Numbered from the stretch's first letter, positions 19,215 through 30,200 are shown. The stretch is 64,000 nucleotides of DNA from Sterolibacteriaceae bacterium (GCA_043738385.1 JAYUGL010000167.1:348-64347); one strand, 5' to 3'. Numbers and translations are program-made. Notes: generated by a model from the letters alone, not told the origin.

Positions 19215-19478
19215 ATCAGGCGGCGAGAATCGCCAAAAGAGGCAAGCTCAATCGACAAACGGGGATTGTTGTCGTAAAGAAGTCTGAGCATGTGGGCCGC
19301 CATCCAAGCGTTTAATTTTGCGACCCAACCCGCCTCTTCCCCATCTATAGCGTGTTGACACGGTGTTCCGTTAACGCGTAAAGTCGAAAAAAACAATCGA
19401 TTGTTTATCGCATCTCATGCGGATGTAATAACCTCGACAATCAGCGACAAACTTTCAAACTTTGGAGGAGGGCAAATA

Positions 19479-20717
19479 ATGAGCACACCGGGCAAGAATG
19501 ACGAATTGGGTAAGGCGCCGACCAAGGAGGAACTGATCGCGCGGTTCGGTCGCGACATATTCAACGACTTCGACTACAACGATCCAATGTTCAACATCAA
19601 ATTCGACGAGACCCTGGAGGCACATCTGGCGCACTGCCCGGTGGCCCATAGCAAGGTCGGCACCGGCTACTGGTGGGTGAGTCGCAATGAAGACGTGCGC
19701 CGCGTCGGACAAGACTGGAAGACCTTCTCCAGCGCCAAGGGTTACCAACCGAACCGGCCCGAGGGACTGCCACTGCTCATGCCGGAAGAGAGCGACCCGC
19801 CCATCCATACCGCGTGGCGAGACGCCATCAATCCGCATCTCAGCCCGAAGGCCGTCGCCAGCTATGAGGCAAGGGTGCGCGAGGATGTGAATACGCTGAT
19901 CGACCGCTTTATCGACAAGGGTGAGTGTGAATTCATCAGCGAATTCGGCGCTCTGCTGCCGGGATGGGCCTTCTTCAAGAACGTTCTCGGGGTGCCGGTT
20001 GACGACTTGTCGCTGTTGGTCGATGGTGTCGAGCAGGGCACATTCGGCCCGGTCGACGGCCGCGCGGGGCACTTTGCCAAGGTGTTCGAATACCTCAACA
20101 AGTACCTCAAAGTGCGCGCCAAGCAGCCGCCGCGCGGCGACATGGTCGACACCATCCTTGCTGGCGTGACCTACGAAGGCGGCCAGGCCGCTTCATGGGA
20201 AGACAAGGTCAGCATCCTGGTTGACCTGACTTTCGGCGGCATCGCCACCACGACTTACGTGATGGCTTCGGCGATTCATTATCTCGCCACCAATCCGGCC
20301 GATCTTGAGACGCTGGTCAACAACCCCCAGATGATTGCAAACGCCATGGAGGAATTCACGCGTGTCTTCCCGCCAATCGTCGGCCTGGGACGTACCTGCA
20401 CGCGCGACGTCGAAGTGGCCGGCACGCAAATGAAGGAAGGCGACTTTGTGATGCTGGCCTATTCGGCCAGCTCGCGCGACCCGCGTGTCATCGACAACCC
20501 GAACAAGGTCGATATTGCACGCAATAATGTTCTGCACTCGACTTTTGGCGTTGGGAAACATCGCTGCGTTGGATCCCACCTCGCGCGCCTGGAATTGCTT
20601 GCGACATTGGAGGAGTGGATCAAGCGTATCCCGAAGTTCTCCGTGAAACCGGGAACGGCTCCCACTTATGAGACCGCCTTTCTGCGTTCAATGCGCAAAC
20701 TTGAACTGGCATTCTGA
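19479..20717 (+). CDS. Cytochrome P450
   Basis: Haem-thiolate loop [14 protein letters not shown], ExxR (EEFTR) and I-helix [18 protein letters not shown] before ATG 19479. Confidence 0.92.
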   Translation: MSTPGKNDELGKAPTKEELIARFGRDIFNDFDYNDPMFNIKFDETLEAHLAHCPVAHSKVGTGYWWVSRNEDVRRVGQDWKTFSSAKGYQPNRPEGLPLLMPEESDPPIHTAWRDAINPHLSPKAVASYEARVREDVNTLIDRFIDKGECEFISEFGALLPGWAFFKNVLGVPVDDLSLLVDGVEQGTFGPVDGRAGHFAKVFEYLNKYLKVRAKQPPRGDMVDTILAGVTYEGGQAASWEDKVSILVDLTFGGIATTTYVMASAIHYLATNPADLETLVNNPQMIANAMEEFTRVFPPIVGLGRTCTRDVEVAGTQMKEGDFVMLAYSASSRDPRVIDNPNKVDIARNNVLHSTFGVGKHRCVGSHLARLELLATLEEWIKRIPKFSVKPGTAPTYETAFLRSMRKLELAF

Positions 20718-20721
20718 TCCT

Positions 20722-21510
20722 ATGTCCCTCGTCGCCGCCAGGTTCGATCAATACCGTAGTCGCTATCAGAACATCAAGCTGGAGCGTGAAGACGGCATCC
20801 TCACGCTGACCTTGCAGACCAAGGGGGCTGGCTTCGTCTGGAGCGCCCTTGCCCACGAGGAACTGGGTTACTGCTTCACCGACATTGGCGCAGACCGTGA
20901 GAACAAGGTCGTCATCATGACCGGTACCGGGGACAACTGGTGCGCCGAGATTGACGCCGGCAGCTTCAAGTTGAGCACCGCCGACGACTGGGATCTGACG
21001 ATTTATGATGGTCGCCGTCTCCTGATCAACCTGCTTGATATCGAGGTTCCGGTCATCAGTGCGGTTAACGGGCCGGCGCGGATACATCCCGAAATCCCGG
21101 TGCTGTCGGACATTGTCATCGCCTCAGAGACGGCCGTGTTCCAGGATGCGCCGCATTTCATGTCCGGCATTGTGCCGGGCGACGGCGCACACGTGGTGTG
21201 GCCACACGTTCTTGGCGCGAACCGGGGCCGTTATTTCCTGCTCACGGGGCAGGAGCTTGACGCTCGTACCGCGCTTGAGTACGGGGCAGTGAATGAAGTG
21301 GTGGCGCCATCCAAGCTCATGACGCGGGCAAAAGAACTTGCAACGATGATTGCCGCCAAACCGCCGCTGACGAGGCGTTACAGTCGCATTGCGCTGACCC
21401 AGCGTATCAAGCGACTAATGCACGAAGGTCTCGGCTACGGATTGGCAATCGAAGCGCTTGCGGCGATCGACCATTTGCCGACCGAGGGCCGAATGAAATC
21501 GGCAAAATAG
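20722..21510 (+). CDS. Enoyl-CoA hydratase/isomerase (crotonase) family protein
   Basis: Internal ATG 20722, 5 nt after the P450 stop. Crotonase-like layout (LTLTL...VVIMTGTGD...ISAVNGPA). Confidence 0.7.
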   Translation: MSLVAARFDQYRSRYQNIKLEREDGILTLTLQTKGAGFVWSALAHEELGYCFTDIGADRENKVVIMTGTGDNWCAEIDAGSFKLSTADDWDLTIYDGRRLLINLLDIEVPVISAVNGPARIHPEIPVLSDIVIASETAVFQDAPHFMSGIVPGDGAHVVWPHVLGANRGRYFLLTGQELDARTALEYGAVNEVVAPSKLMTRAKELATMIAAKPPLTRRYSRIALTQRIKRLMHEGLGYGLAIEALAAIDHLPTEGRMKSAK

Positions 21511-21558
21511 GTCGCACCCTTCCCGAAAAAACGGATTCAAGCAACGAGGAGAAATGCA

Positions 21559-21759
21559 ATGAAAGCAAAAATCGACGGTGAACTCTGCTCCGGTCACGGC
21601 CGCTGCGGGGCGTTGGCGGCGAGCGTCTATACTCTTGACGACAACGGTTACAACGCAGAACGTGGCAAAATAATCATCATCAAACCAGGAAGCGAGAGCG
21701 CTGCCCGGTTGGGTGCCGAAATCTGCCCAGAACGCGCCATTACGCTTATTGAGGACTAA
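21559..21759 (+). CDS. Small ferredoxin (3Fe-4S type, P450 partner)
   Basis: 66 aa with CSGHGRC ... CPERA cysteine spacing, typical of P450-associated ferredoxins. Confidence 0.8.
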   Translation: MKAKIDGELCSGHGRCGALAASVYTLDDNGYNAERGKIIIIKPGSESAARLGAEICPERAITLIED

Positions 21760-21765
21760 CACATC

Positions 21766-22725
21766 ATGTCAGCGCTTCGATTTGATGGCCGAGTAGCGCT
21801 GGTCACCGGTGCTGGTGGCTCGATTGGTCGGGCCCACGCGATGCTGCTGGCTGCGCGTGGTGCAAAGATTGTGGTCAATGACTACAACATCACCGTTGCC
21901 GGCGAGCCAGGAAAACCTGGAGAGAACCCGGGCGAAAAGGTTGCCGCGGAACTTTGCGCCATGGGGGCTGAAGCGATCTTCAATGGCGACAGCGTCGCAA
22001 ATCCAGAAGGTGCCGGGCGCATGGTTCAGGCAGCGCTGGATAAATTCGGTCGCTTGGACATTGTCGTCAATAACGCAGCGATCGCGGTTTGCAATTTCGT
22101 TCATGAGGAACCCGGACCTTTGTACGAGCGCAACATGAAGATTCTGCTCGAAGGGTCGATGTTCGTCGTGCGCGCCGCCTGGGAACAGATGAAGAAACAG
22201 CAGTTCGGCCGGATCCTGAATACCAGCTCCGGATCCATCTTCGGCTTCAATCAGCCCGACGGCAACTGGTGGGGTTCCTACGTGATTGCCAAATCAGCGG
22301 TCGTCGCTTACACGCGCCAGCTCGGCGGCTATGGCGAGCAGTTCGGCATCAAGGCCAACGCCATTCTGCCGCTGGCCTACAGCCGCCAGAACTGGGATCT
22401 GCTGAAAGGCACTCCGGAAGGCGACTTCATGGAGAAGTACACACCGCCAGAAATGGTCGCCACGGCGTCCGGCTATCTGCTGCACGAAGAGTGCCCCATC
22501 AGCGGCGCTGCGTTCAGTGTCAGTGGTGGCCGCATCGCCCGAATCGTCTATGCAGAGCCGCTGGGCTACCACCATCCGCAACTCACCCCTGAGGATGTTC
22601 GTGATAATTGGGCCCAGGTCATGGGTCAGGTTGGTAGTGATTTCCGACTGAGCGAGTTTTTTGAAGTGCCCAGTCTGTGGCAGGAATCTGCATTGATGCG
22701 GGCTGCCGGCGTGGGTAAGGACTGA
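21766..22725 (+). CDS. Short-chain dehydrogenase/reductase, MFE-2-like hydroxyacyl-CoA dehydrogenase type
   Basis: TGAGGSIG Rossmann motif, NNAA, YVIAK (YxxxK). Confidence 0.8.
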   Translation: MSALRFDGRVALVTGAGGSIGRAHAMLLAARGAKIVVNDYNITVAGEPGKPGENPGEKVAAELCAMGAEAIFNGDSVANPEGAGRMVQAALDKFGRLDIVVNNAAIAVCNFVHEEPGPLYERNMKILLEGSMFVVRAAWEQMKKQQFGRILNTSSGSIFGFNQPDGNWWGSYVIAKSAVVAYTRQLGGYGEQFGIKANAILPLAYSRQNWDLLKGTPEGDFMEKYTPPEMVATASGYLLHEECPISGAAFSVSGGRIARIVYAEPLGYHHPQLTPEDVRDNWAQVMGQVGSDFRLSEFFEVPSLWQESALMRAAGVGKD

Positions 22726-22773
22726 CCGGCGTATCGAGCAGGCGGTTGGATGCATCCGCGTTTTGGATGCAAC

Positions 22774-22810
22774 AAGGGGATCGTCAACTGCGACGATCCC
22801 CTTCTGCTTT
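22774..22810 (+). terminator. Rho-independent terminator candidate between convergent SDR genes
   Basis: Perfect 12-bp stem AAGGGGATCGTC/GACGATCCCCTT (22774-22785 / 22792-22803) followed by ctgcTTTTg. Confidence 0.6.
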
Positions 22811-22831
22811 TGCGGCTGAATGCGGCTACCG

Positions 22832-23572
22832 CTATAAGGAGGTATAGCCTCCATCGATCAGAATGGTCGAACCGGTGATGAACGAGGACTCGTCACTGGC
22901 GAGGAACAACGCCAGATTCGCCACTTCCGATGCCTCGGCCATGCGGCCCATGGGCGTTGCCTTGTAAACCACATCGAGCGCCGCCTGATCCATGCCGGCG
23001 GTCATGCCGGTTTTGATGGCACCAGGCAGGATGGCGTTCACGCGGATTTTCTTGCCCGCATATTCCGTTGCCGCTGCCTTGGTCATCATGACCACCGCCG
23101 CCTTGGCACCACAGTAGGCAATTTCGGCATGGAACGCGACGACGGACGCCATTGATGCTGTATTAACGATGGATCCACCGCCCTGCTTGAGCATGAGGGG
23201 AATGGCGTAGCGGATGCCGAGAAATACGGAGCGGGCATTAACGGCCATTACCTGGTCATAGCCCTCCTCGGAATATTCCCCCGCGAGGTTCATTTCGCCG
23301 ATGATCGACGCGTTGTTGTAGAGAACGTCGAGTCGGCCGAATTCGGCAACCGCCTTGGCCAGCATCGCCTGCACGTCCTTGCCTTTGGAAACATCGGCGT
23401 GAAAGGGCAGACAGTTGGCGCCAATACGCTTGGCCACATCTTCCTGCTTGCCCGAAATATCCACGGCGATGACCCTGGCACCTTCGCGGCAAAACAGCTC
23501 TGCAGAGGCAGCACCAATACCCGACCCCGCGCCGGTAATGACGGCCACCTTTCCCGCAAGTCTTGCTGCCAT
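22832..23572 (-). CDS. Short-chain dehydrogenase/reductase (FabG-like)
   Basis: TGAGSGIG, NNAS, YCGAK catalytic YxxxK. 246 aa. Confidence 0.9.
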   Translation of the reverse strand: MAARLAGKVAVITGAGSGIGAASAELFCREGARVIAVDISGKQEDVAKRIGANCLPFHADVSKGKDVQAMLAKAVAEFGRLDVLYNNASIIGEMNLAGEYSEEGYDQVMAVNARSVFLGIRYAIPLMLKQGGGSIVNTASMASVVAFHAEIAYCGAKAAVVMMTKAAATEYAGKKIRVNAILPGAIKTGMTAGMDQAALDVVYKATPMGRMAEASEVANLALFLASDESSFITGSTILIDGGYTSL

Positions 23573-23613
23573 TTCTCTTCTTCTTTTTAGTGTTGAATAA
23601 ACCGACTCGGTTT

Positions 23614-24834
23614 TTATCCCTTGCCCAGGCGTTCAATCGCAAAGGCGTCATAACCGACCTCGCGCAAGATTTCAACGGAGTGCTCGCCAAGTTTTGGCGG
23701 TGGCCGACGGATGCCACTCCCTGTCGGGTCCACCGGTAGCCGGAGTTGCGGCATGCCTTCTGCCCATCCCAAAGACTGCGGGTCAATGAGAAGATTCCGT
23801 TCCTGCGTGACTGCCATAGCGAGACTGGCACGAACGTCATTCACCCGACCCACAGAAATCCCGGCACGGCCCAGCCGATCCAGCCAGGCGTCCACCGGCT
23901 CCGTGGCAAACAGATCTGCCAGCATTGTGTCCAGCTCCTCGCGATGCTCCAGGCGTGCGGGCATTGCGCTGAATCGCGGGTCACTTTCAAACCCATCCAG
24001 CCCCAGAGTGCGGCACAAACGCACAAACTGTGGGTCACTTGCGGTTGCCAGCATGAAGGCGCCATCTGAGGCTTCAAACACGCGATAGGGTGCGGCACTT
24101 GGCGCGCCAGAGCCGAGCTTCTCGGGCGGATTGCCGGTCGCCAGGAAGCCGAGGACTTGGTGATTCATCAGGGTGAATGCCGAGTCCAGCAGTGAAGGAC
24201 GCACATATTCACCTTGGCCACCTGCCGCCCGCCGCGTAAGGGCCGCCATGATCCCGATGGCGCCCCACATGCCGGTGGTGAGATCCAGCACCGAGGGCGC
24301 AAGCCTGACTGGAGGCGTTTCAGGATGGCCGGTGAAACTCATCAGACCGGACACCGCTTGCACCAGCGCATCGTAGCCGGGCATCTTCGAGCCCAGCGGT
24401 CCGTCGCCGAAGGCGGAGATGGTGCAAAGGATGATGCGAGGATTGCGCGTGCGCAAGTGTTCAAAAGTGAGTTGAAGTTTTTCCGCCAACCCAGGCGGAA
24501 AGCTTTCAACCACTACATCAGCCGTCTCCACCAGCTTGAGCAGAGCCTCGCGGCCTTCAGCCGACTTGATGTCCAGCAATACGCTGCGCTTGTTGCGATT
24601 GACGGCGATGAACACCGTGGCCTCGTCACCCCAGCGCGGCGGCAGGGCACGGGTGTCGTCTCCGCTGGGCGGACGTTCAACCTTGATGACATCGGCGCCC
24701 ATGTCGCCCAGAATCATCGATGCGAATGGGCCGGCGATATTGGTTGCCAAGTCGAGTACGCGCAAACCAGGATACGTGCTGTTCAGCAAGATGAACTCCG
24801 CTGTAGCACTTGCCCCTTGCGGTCGGGGGTCCAC
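23614..24834 (-). CDS. Family III CoA-transferase (CaiB/BaiF-like)
   Basis: LRVLDLATNIAGPFASMILGDMGADVIKVE N-terminal signature. The listed GTG start overlaps the upstream gene by 52 nt, so a downstream TTG at 24789 is an alternative start. Confidence 0.8.
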   Translation of the reverse strand: MDPRPQGASATAEFILLNSTYPGLRVLDLATNIAGPFASMILGDMGADVIKVERPPSGDDTRALPPRWGDEATVFIAVNRNKRSVLLDIKSAEGREALLKLVETADVVVESFPPGLAEKLQLTFEHLRTRNPRIILCTISAFGDGPLGSKMPGYDALVQAVSGLMSFTGHPETPPVRLAPSVLDLTTGMWGAIGIMAALTRRAAGGQGEYVRPSLLDSAFTLMNHQVLGFLATGNPPEKLGSGAPSAAPYRVFEASDGAFMLATASDPQFVRLCRTLGLDGFESDPRFSAMPARLEHREELDTMLADLFATEPVDAWLDRLGRAGISVGRVNDVRASLAMAVTQERNLLIDPQSLGWAEGMPQLRLPVDPTGSGIRRPPPKLGEHSVEILREVGYDAFAIERLGKG

Positions 24835-25100
24835 AACTTGTCGACGGTCTGTCGAACCTCAACTTCGCGGACCCCGGGTATTTGCATGACCGCATCTTGT
24901 ATGTACTGGCGCATCCCGCGGAAATGAACACAACCCGGGTCGGTCAGGCACAGCGTGACGGACACGCGCCCGTCTGCAATCTCCAGGGCATCCACCAAAC
25001 CCATTTCACAAATGTCGATGGGACTGCGCATGAGTAGGCTGCAGGGCTCCTGCACGGTGCGCAACTGCTCCAGGACCATGGCTTGCGTGATCGGGGTCAT
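24783..25100 (-). CDS. DUF59 / MIP18-family (PaaD-like) small protein
   Basis: Internal ATG 25100 (MTPITQAMVLEQLRTVQEP...) gives ~105 aa with the DUF59-like core (IDICEMGLV...VSVTLCLT..GC). ATGA overlap with the amidohydrolase stop. Confidence 0.6.
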   Translation of the reverse strand: MTPITQAMVLEQLRTVQEPCSLLMRSPIDICEMGLVDALEIADGRVSVTLCLTDPGCVHFRGMRQYIQDAVMQIPGVREVEVRQTVDKLWTPDRKGQVLQRSSSC

Positions 25101-26182
25101 GACAGCGGCTTGGCCACCTTTCCAGCACGGAGGAGGTGCCACGGCTTCACCTCGCCGCGCGCGCGTCCCAATGCGAACTCGTCATTCCGGGTGCCCTGAA
25201 TTAACGCCTCTGGATTGATGCCGTGCAGCCTCATGGCGTTACGGCCAAGGATATTGAGCCGGTCTTCTGCCGTGATTTGGCGCAGACCGAACTCCTGGAC
25301 ATGAGCCTCCGGGAATTCATAGTTCAGGAACGCATCGATCAGCGGCGACGGGTGCCCAAGGTTGTTGCCGCTGGCGAACAGGAGTCGGTCGGAGCCGCAC
25401 TCGGTAATCAACCTGCCAAGAATCTTGGCGAACACCCGCGGCTTCACAAGGATGTATTGAAACGTCGTTTCCAGGGTCAGGTAGAGGTTACGGTGGCACT
25501 TGAGCAACTCAATGGTTTCATCGAGGAACGCGATCGCGCCGTGCACCATTTCAAACTGAATATCCGGAAATCTTGCAAGTGGCGAGTCAAAATCATCGAC
25601 CGCGAATGCCCATTTCGGTGCCGGTGCGAGCCACAAGGACTTGTGCACGGCCACGTGCCTGATGCCCAGGTCCCGTGCCGCCTCCAAAAGTGGCGTGGCG
25701 AAGTCAGGGCCATCGAGCTTCCACCCTTGGGCCTTGCCGTCGTAATAGAACGCGGGGTAGAGCTTGATGCCGTCCACCTTCAGTTCCTTGACTTGGCGCT
25801 CGACGTCAGCAATTGCGGTTTCGATGATGGGGGTATCGACCGTGCCGTAAAGCTTGAATCGGTTCGGGTGCCGGTCGCGAAACGCCGCCGCCTTGTCCGG
25901 ATCGGTGATAAAGCTCAGGCCGAAGCCGAGGTTGGGGAGCGCATGAATGACGGCGAAGTCTACGGGGGATTCGACAAACTCTGCATGCGCGATGACGTCC
26001 CAGGATATGTCGGTGAAAAACTCCTCATCGTTCAGCACATAGTCGCGGTGTGCTTCGTCGACCGACAGTTTGTGGGAACCGTGAACTGCAGCAATGGCGT
26101 CGGGGGCATCGCGGTTCTGGTTCTCCGGTGACATGTTCCATGGGTGAACCACGGCATCGACGATGACGATGTCGTTGATCAC
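25097..26182 (-). CDS. Amidohydrolase-2 family TIM-barrel metal hydrolase/decarboxylase-like protein
   Basis: 361 aa. N-terminal IVIVDAVVHPW and later HV..H / D motifs resemble amidohydrolase_2. GTG start overlaps the upstream stop by 4 nt. Confidence 0.6.
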   Translation of the reverse strand: MINDIVIVDAVVHPWNMSPENQNRDAPDAIAAVHGSHKLSVDEAHRDYVLNDEEFFTDISWDVIAHAEFVESPVDFAVIHALPNLGFGLSFITDPDKAAAFRDRHPNRFKLYGTVDTPIIETAIADVERQVKELKVDGIKLYPAFYYDGKAQGWKLDGPDFATPLLEAARDLGIRHVAVHKSLWLAPAPKWAFAVDDFDSPLARFPDIQFEMVHGAIAFLDETIELLKCHRNLYLTLETTFQYILVKPRVFAKILGRLITECGSDRLLFASGNNLGHPSPLIDAFLNYEFPEAHVQEFGLRQITAEDRLNILGRNAMRLHGINPEALIQGTRNDEFALGRARGEVKPWHLLRAGKVAKPLS

Positions 26183-27006
26183 GAGTCGCTTTCCTTGTCG
26201 AGACGGTTGTATTCAGGTTCGCGCTTCTCGAGCGCAGCGTTGACGCCCTCAGGCAAGTCAGCCCCATGATAAAGCGCCGCTGCACCCCAGAAGCTGGTGT
26301 TCATGGAGGTGATCAAATCCATGTGCCAACTCTGTCGAAGCTGATGTTTGGTGGCCTCCAGCGCCAGGCGCGAATATTTCGCGATCCTTGCGGCCAGTTC
26401 GACAGCGGCGGGAATCAACTGCTCGTGCTCGACCACACGGTTAACAAGGCCCATGCTCAATGCCCGTTCGGCGTCGATGAGATCCCCGGTAAATGCGAGC
26501 TCGGCGGCCAGACCGGACCCAATCAGGCGAGGCAGGAAGTAACTGCCGCCATTGCCGGGGTTCAATCCGAGCTTGATATAGGTTTCGCCCATCTTGGCCT
26601 TTTTGGAAGCGATGCGCATGTCACAGGCAAGCGCAAAGTCGAAGCCGCCGGCGGTAGCACCACCGTTGATGGCCGCGATGATGGGCAGACGACACGTCAC
26701 CAGGCGCTGCGTGACAGGAAACAGAACACGGGCGTTGTAGGGCTCATGTTCCACTTGCAGACGCTCTTCCAGGAAATGCTTGAACCCATGGAGATCAGCG
26801 CCAGCGCAAAATTGCTTGCCCGCACCGGTGATGATCAGTACGCGAACGCGCATATCCGATTCCAGTACGGCAAGCGTGGCGAGGAGATCTCGCGCCATTT
26901 CGGGGACGACTCCGTTGCCGGACTCGGGCCGATTCAGCGTCAACATGACGACGCCATCCGCCACCGTCTCGTAATAGACGGTTTCGAGTTCTACCCGGTT
27001 GCTCAT
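26179..27006 (-). CDS. Enoyl-CoA hydratase (crotonase)
   Basis: Internal ATG 27006 (MSNRVELETVYYE...) of ORF 26179..27294. FCAGADL and GGATAGGFDFALACD crotonase motifs. The Arg/Pro-rich N-terminal extension of the listed ORF is not protein-like. Confidence 0.85.
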   Translation of the reverse strand: MSNRVELETVYYETVADGVVMLTLNRPESGNGVVPEMARDLLATLAVLESDMRVRVLIITGAGKQFCAGADLHGFKHFLEERLQVEHEPYNARVLFPVTQRLVTCRLPIIAAINGGATAGGFDFALACDMRIASKKAKMGETYIKLGLNPGNGGSYFLPRLIGSGLAAELAFTGDLIDAERALSMGLVNRVVEHEQLIPAAVELAARIAKYSRLALEATKHQLRQSWHMDLITSMNTSFWGAAALYHGADLPEGVNAALEKREPEYNRLDKESDS

Positions 27007-27017
27007 GATGTTCTTTC

Positions 27018-28196
27018 CTAGTTGGCCTTTTGCAGGATCGTGGTCACGGCCAGCGCATACATTCCGCCCAGCCAACCGCCACCATTCACCGCCATGCCGA
27101 GACGCGCGCCTGCCACTTGCCGGCTGCCGGCGCGCCCGCGTAACTGCATGCATATCTCGACCACTTGGGCACAACCGGTCGCGCCCAGCGGGTGTCCGCG
27201 GCTGAGTAAGCCACCACTGACGTTGACGGGATGGGCACCGCCCAGAGCGGTCGCGCCGCGCCGCAGCAGATGATGGGCCTGGCCTTCTTCGCAAAGACCG
27301 ATCTCGGAATACTGAAGCAACTCCGCCGGCGCCGCCGCATCGTGCAGTTCGAAAAGGTCAAGATCGCCGGGGCCAACGCCCGCTTCGGCGTAGGCGGCAG
27401 CCGCTGCTCCGACGACAGGGCTTTTTGGATGGTTCTTTCCCTGGCCGGCGATTTGCGATGTCACCAGATGCACCAAGTCTCCCTTGAGGCGGCGTGCGTA
27501 TTCCTCCGAACACACCACGAGTGCCGCAGCACCGTCGGTCGTTGGAGAACACATGGGCAGCGTCAGGGGTGAAACAATCATGCGCGCCGCCAGCACTTCC
27601 TCGACGGTCTGCGGCTTGCGCAAATGAGCCAGCGGATTCAGCGCCGCATGATTGCGGTTCTTGACGGCAACCAGGGCAAAGTCACTCGGATGCGCTTGAT
27701 ATCGGTCAAGGAAGGCTTGCGCCTCGCCCGCGTAGTAGTCCATGAGGATCGAGTTGGTTGCGAGTTTCCCTGGCTCCGATTCGCCGATTTCCTCGATGTC
27801 GGTGGATCCGCGCAATGCGTTGAAGGGCCGCGACTTGTCGGGGTGGTTCAGTTGTTCAACACCCACCACCAGCACGACTTCCGCACGCCCGCCGCTGATC
27901 GCCTCGAATGCAAGGTTCAGCGCCGAACCGCCCGAGGCACAGGCATTCTCGACATTGATGAGTGGCACACTACTCAGTGCGTGATAGCGCAGCGCAATCT
28001 GGCCGCGAATCATCTCCTGCTGTGAGACGATACCTGCCGCCGCATTGCCGAAGAAAATTTTGTCGACGTCTTCCAGGGGCACGCCGGCATCGGCCATGGC
28101 TTCATCAATCGCCGCGACCGCTAGGCTGCGAACACCGCGGCCCAACTGCTTTCCGAACGGCGTCATTCCGACGCCGGCAATCATTACCTTGTTCAC
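27018..28196 (-). CDS. Thiolase-like protein (SCP-x / lipid-transfer type)
   Basis: VENACASGGSAL active-site Cys region and C-terminal SRGHPLGATGCAQ. Confidence 0.85.
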   Translation of the reverse strand: MNKVMIAGVGMTPFGKQLGRGVRSLAVAAIDEAMADAGVPLEDVDKIFFGNAAAGIVSQQEMIRGQIALRYHALSSVPLINVENACASGGSALNLAFEAISGGRAEVVLVVGVEQLNHPDKSRPFNALRGSTDIEEIGESEPGKLATNSILMDYYAGEAQAFLDRYQAHPSDFALVAVKNRNHAALNPLAHLRKPQTVEEVLAARMIVSPLTLPMCSPTTDGAAALVVCSEEYARRLKGDLVHLVTSQIAGQGKNHPKSPVVGAAAAAYAEAGVGPGDLDLFELHDAAAPAELLQYSEIGLCEEGQAHHLLRRGATALGGAHPVNVSGGLLSRGHPLGATGCAQVVEICMQLRGRAGSRQVAGARLGMAVNGGGWLGGMYALAVTTILQKAN

Positions 28197-28198
28197 GA

Positions 28199-29788
28199 TT
28201 ATCCTTTCTTGGGCAATTGCGGTCCGCCGCCACCGATACGTCCTTCATATCCCTTCCAATAGGTCTCGCGAATCTCTCGGCGCATGACCTTGCCGTAGCC
28301 GCTGACCGGAAGTGCATCAACAAAATCCACACTCTTCGGTTTTTTGTAGCCGGCCATGTGACGCCCGCAGTGTTCGATTATTTCCTCTGCCGTCACCTGC
28401 ATTCCAGGCTGCCGGACAACCACCGCATGAACCGCCTCGCCCCAGTATTCATGGGGAATGCCGAACACCACCACGGTAGCGACCGCCGGGTGCAAAACGA
28501 TGACCTCTTCCACCTCGCGTGGATAGACATTGTTGCCGCCGCTGATGATCATGTCTTTGGCGCGATCGAGCAGGAACAGGTATCCCTTGTCGTCAAACAT
28601 GCCGATGTCGCCGGTATGCAACCAGCCGTTGCGCATGGCTTCCGCCGTGGCTTCCGGATTGTTCCAGTAGCCGGCCATGACAATATCGCCGCGAGCAACA
28701 ACTTCTCCCGCTTGCCCAGGCGGCAATTCATTATCGTTTTCGTCAACGCAGTGTGCCTCGACATCGGTGCGTATGCTTCCCGCCGAACCAATACGTGGGT
28801 CATTCATGTTGAGCAATCGCGAGTGTTCGGCAGCGTTCATTCCGGTAATCGTGATCGGCGCTTCGCCCTGTCCATAGATCTGGGCGAATACCGGTCCAAA
28901 AGCCTTGATGGCATTGCGCAGATGCTCGACATAGATCGGCGCACCGCCGTAGCAAATCGCGCGCAGGCTGGAAAGATCGTAGGTGCCGGGTTTGAACTCT
29001 TCCAGCATCTTGATGATCTGCGTAGGGGCAAGGAAAGCAATCTTTGATGCCTTCATGCGTTCGATCATGGCGAACAGGACATCCGGCTCAAAGCTCTTGC
29101 TTTCCAGAACAGCATTCGTTGCGCCGCGTGCGACGACGGGTAGAGCAACGATACCGCTGCCATGCGACATCGGCGCAGCGTGGATCACGACCTCGCCGGG
29201 CTGGATGTTGTAGACATCGGCGAGGTAGTTCATCACCACCACGCGGATGGTGCGATGGGTCCAGATCGCACCCTTCGGCCGTCCGGTGGTGCCCGAGGTG
29301 TAGAACAACCAGCTGGGATCGGTGGCCAGGACGTCCACGGGCGCCGCAAGACTTGCGCCCGGATTGAGTAGCGTGTCGTACAACGATGCGCCCTCGGCGG
29401 GCTCCAGGCAGACGCGGTGTTCGAGGCCGGAGAACTCGGCGATATGTTCGACGATGCCGTCCTGATATTCCGCGCCGTGCACCAAAACCTTCGCGCCGGA
29501 ATTGGAAACAATGTAAGCCATTTCCCGCGCGTGGAGCCGTGCATTGACCGGGACCACCACCAGCCCGGCGGCGAAGCAGCCATAGATGGTTTCGAGAATT
29601 CGCGGACTGTTCGCGAGACAGAAGGCCACCCGGTCGCCCGCCTTCAGGCCGAGCGACAGCAGATTGCCACCAATCGAAAGGGCCCGCGCGTAAAACTCGC
29701 GATAGGTGATCTGCTCGGCGCCATGCACCAGCGCGAGCGTCTCCGCATGCTGCCGTGCGGATTTTTGCAAGAATGCGCAGGTATTCAT
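28199..29788 (-). CDS. AMP-dependent acyl-CoA synthetase
   Basis: Internal ATG 29788 (MNTCAFLQKSARQ). Motifs FYTSGTTGRPKGA, YGQGE, HTGDIG. Confidence 0.85.
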   Translation of the reverse strand: MNTCAFLQKSARQHAETLALVHGAEQITYREFYARALSIGGNLLSLGLKAGDRVAFCLANSPRILETIYGCFAAGLVVVPVNARLHAREMAYIVSNSGAKVLVHGAEYQDGIVEHIAEFSGLEHRVCLEPAEGASLYDTLLNPGASLAAPVDVLATDPSWLFYTSGTTGRPKGAIWTHRTIRVVVMNYLADVYNIQPGEVVIHAAPMSHGSGIVALPVVARGATNAVLESKSFEPDVLFAMIERMKASKIAFLAPTQIIKMLEEFKPGTYDLSSLRAICYGGAPIYVEHLRNAIKAFGPVFAQIYGQGEAPITITGMNAAEHSRLLNMNDPRIGSAGSIRTDVEAHCVDENDNELPPGQAGEVVARGDIVMAGYWNNPEATAEAMRNGWLHTGDIGMFDDKGYLFLLDRAKDMIISGGNNVYPREVEEVIVLHPAVATVVVFGIPHEYWGEAVHAVVVRQPGMQVTAEEIIEHCGRHMAGYKKPKSVDFVDALPVSGYGKVMRREIRETYWKGYEGRIGGGGPQLPKKG

Positions 29789-29798
29789 CGCGTGTTCA

Positions 29799-30200
29799 CT
29801 AAGACTTGGCGTGTTTGAACCAGGCACACGCGCGTCGCTCTATCTGCTGCGGAGGCACCGGCGCGAACTCGACGCTGTCGTCGCACTTGTAGCTTTGCCA
29901 GTCACCATCCGGGTCGGCTACCAACCGCGCCAGCAACTGAACACCTTCTTCGAGTTTGATGACGCCAAGCGCATAGGGCAGGTCTTGCTCGAAACCCTCG
30001 GGGGCTCCCACGCGCAAGACCGTAAAGCTGTGCAGCACTCCCCGCCCGGCGGACTTGTGCCAGCCCAGCGAAAGCGATTGGCAATGCGGGCAGGCGTGAC
30101 GCGGATACAGGTTAAGTCCGCTGCAGTCATTGCACTTCTGCACCAGCAATTCGCCGCGGGTCAGGCCCGCGCGAAATTCGTCACGAATCGGGTTGCTCAT
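29799..30200 (-). CDS. DUF35 OB-fold / zinc-ribbon protein (thiolase partner)
   Basis: Cys4 ribbon CNDCSGLNLYPRHACPHC followed by an OB-fold-like segment. Start overlaps the upstream thiolase stop by 1 nt (TAATG). Confidence 0.8.
   Translation of the reverse strand: MSNPIRDEFRAGLTRGELLVQKCNDCSGLNLYPRHACPHCQSLSLGWHKSAGRGVLHSFTVLRVGAPEGFEQDLPYALGVIKLEEGVQLLARLVADPDGDWQSYKCDDSVEFAPVPPQQIERRACAWFKHAKS

Noticed and set aside
27007-27294. Arg/Pro-rich N-terminal extensions of listed ORFs (26179..27294; likewise 52491..53363, 50147..51238, 16067..17395, 32074..32856, 6538..7215).
   Set aside because: The extensions overlap upstream genes or intergenic DNA and look non-protein-like. Internal ATGs give canonical family N-termini and sensible gene spacing.
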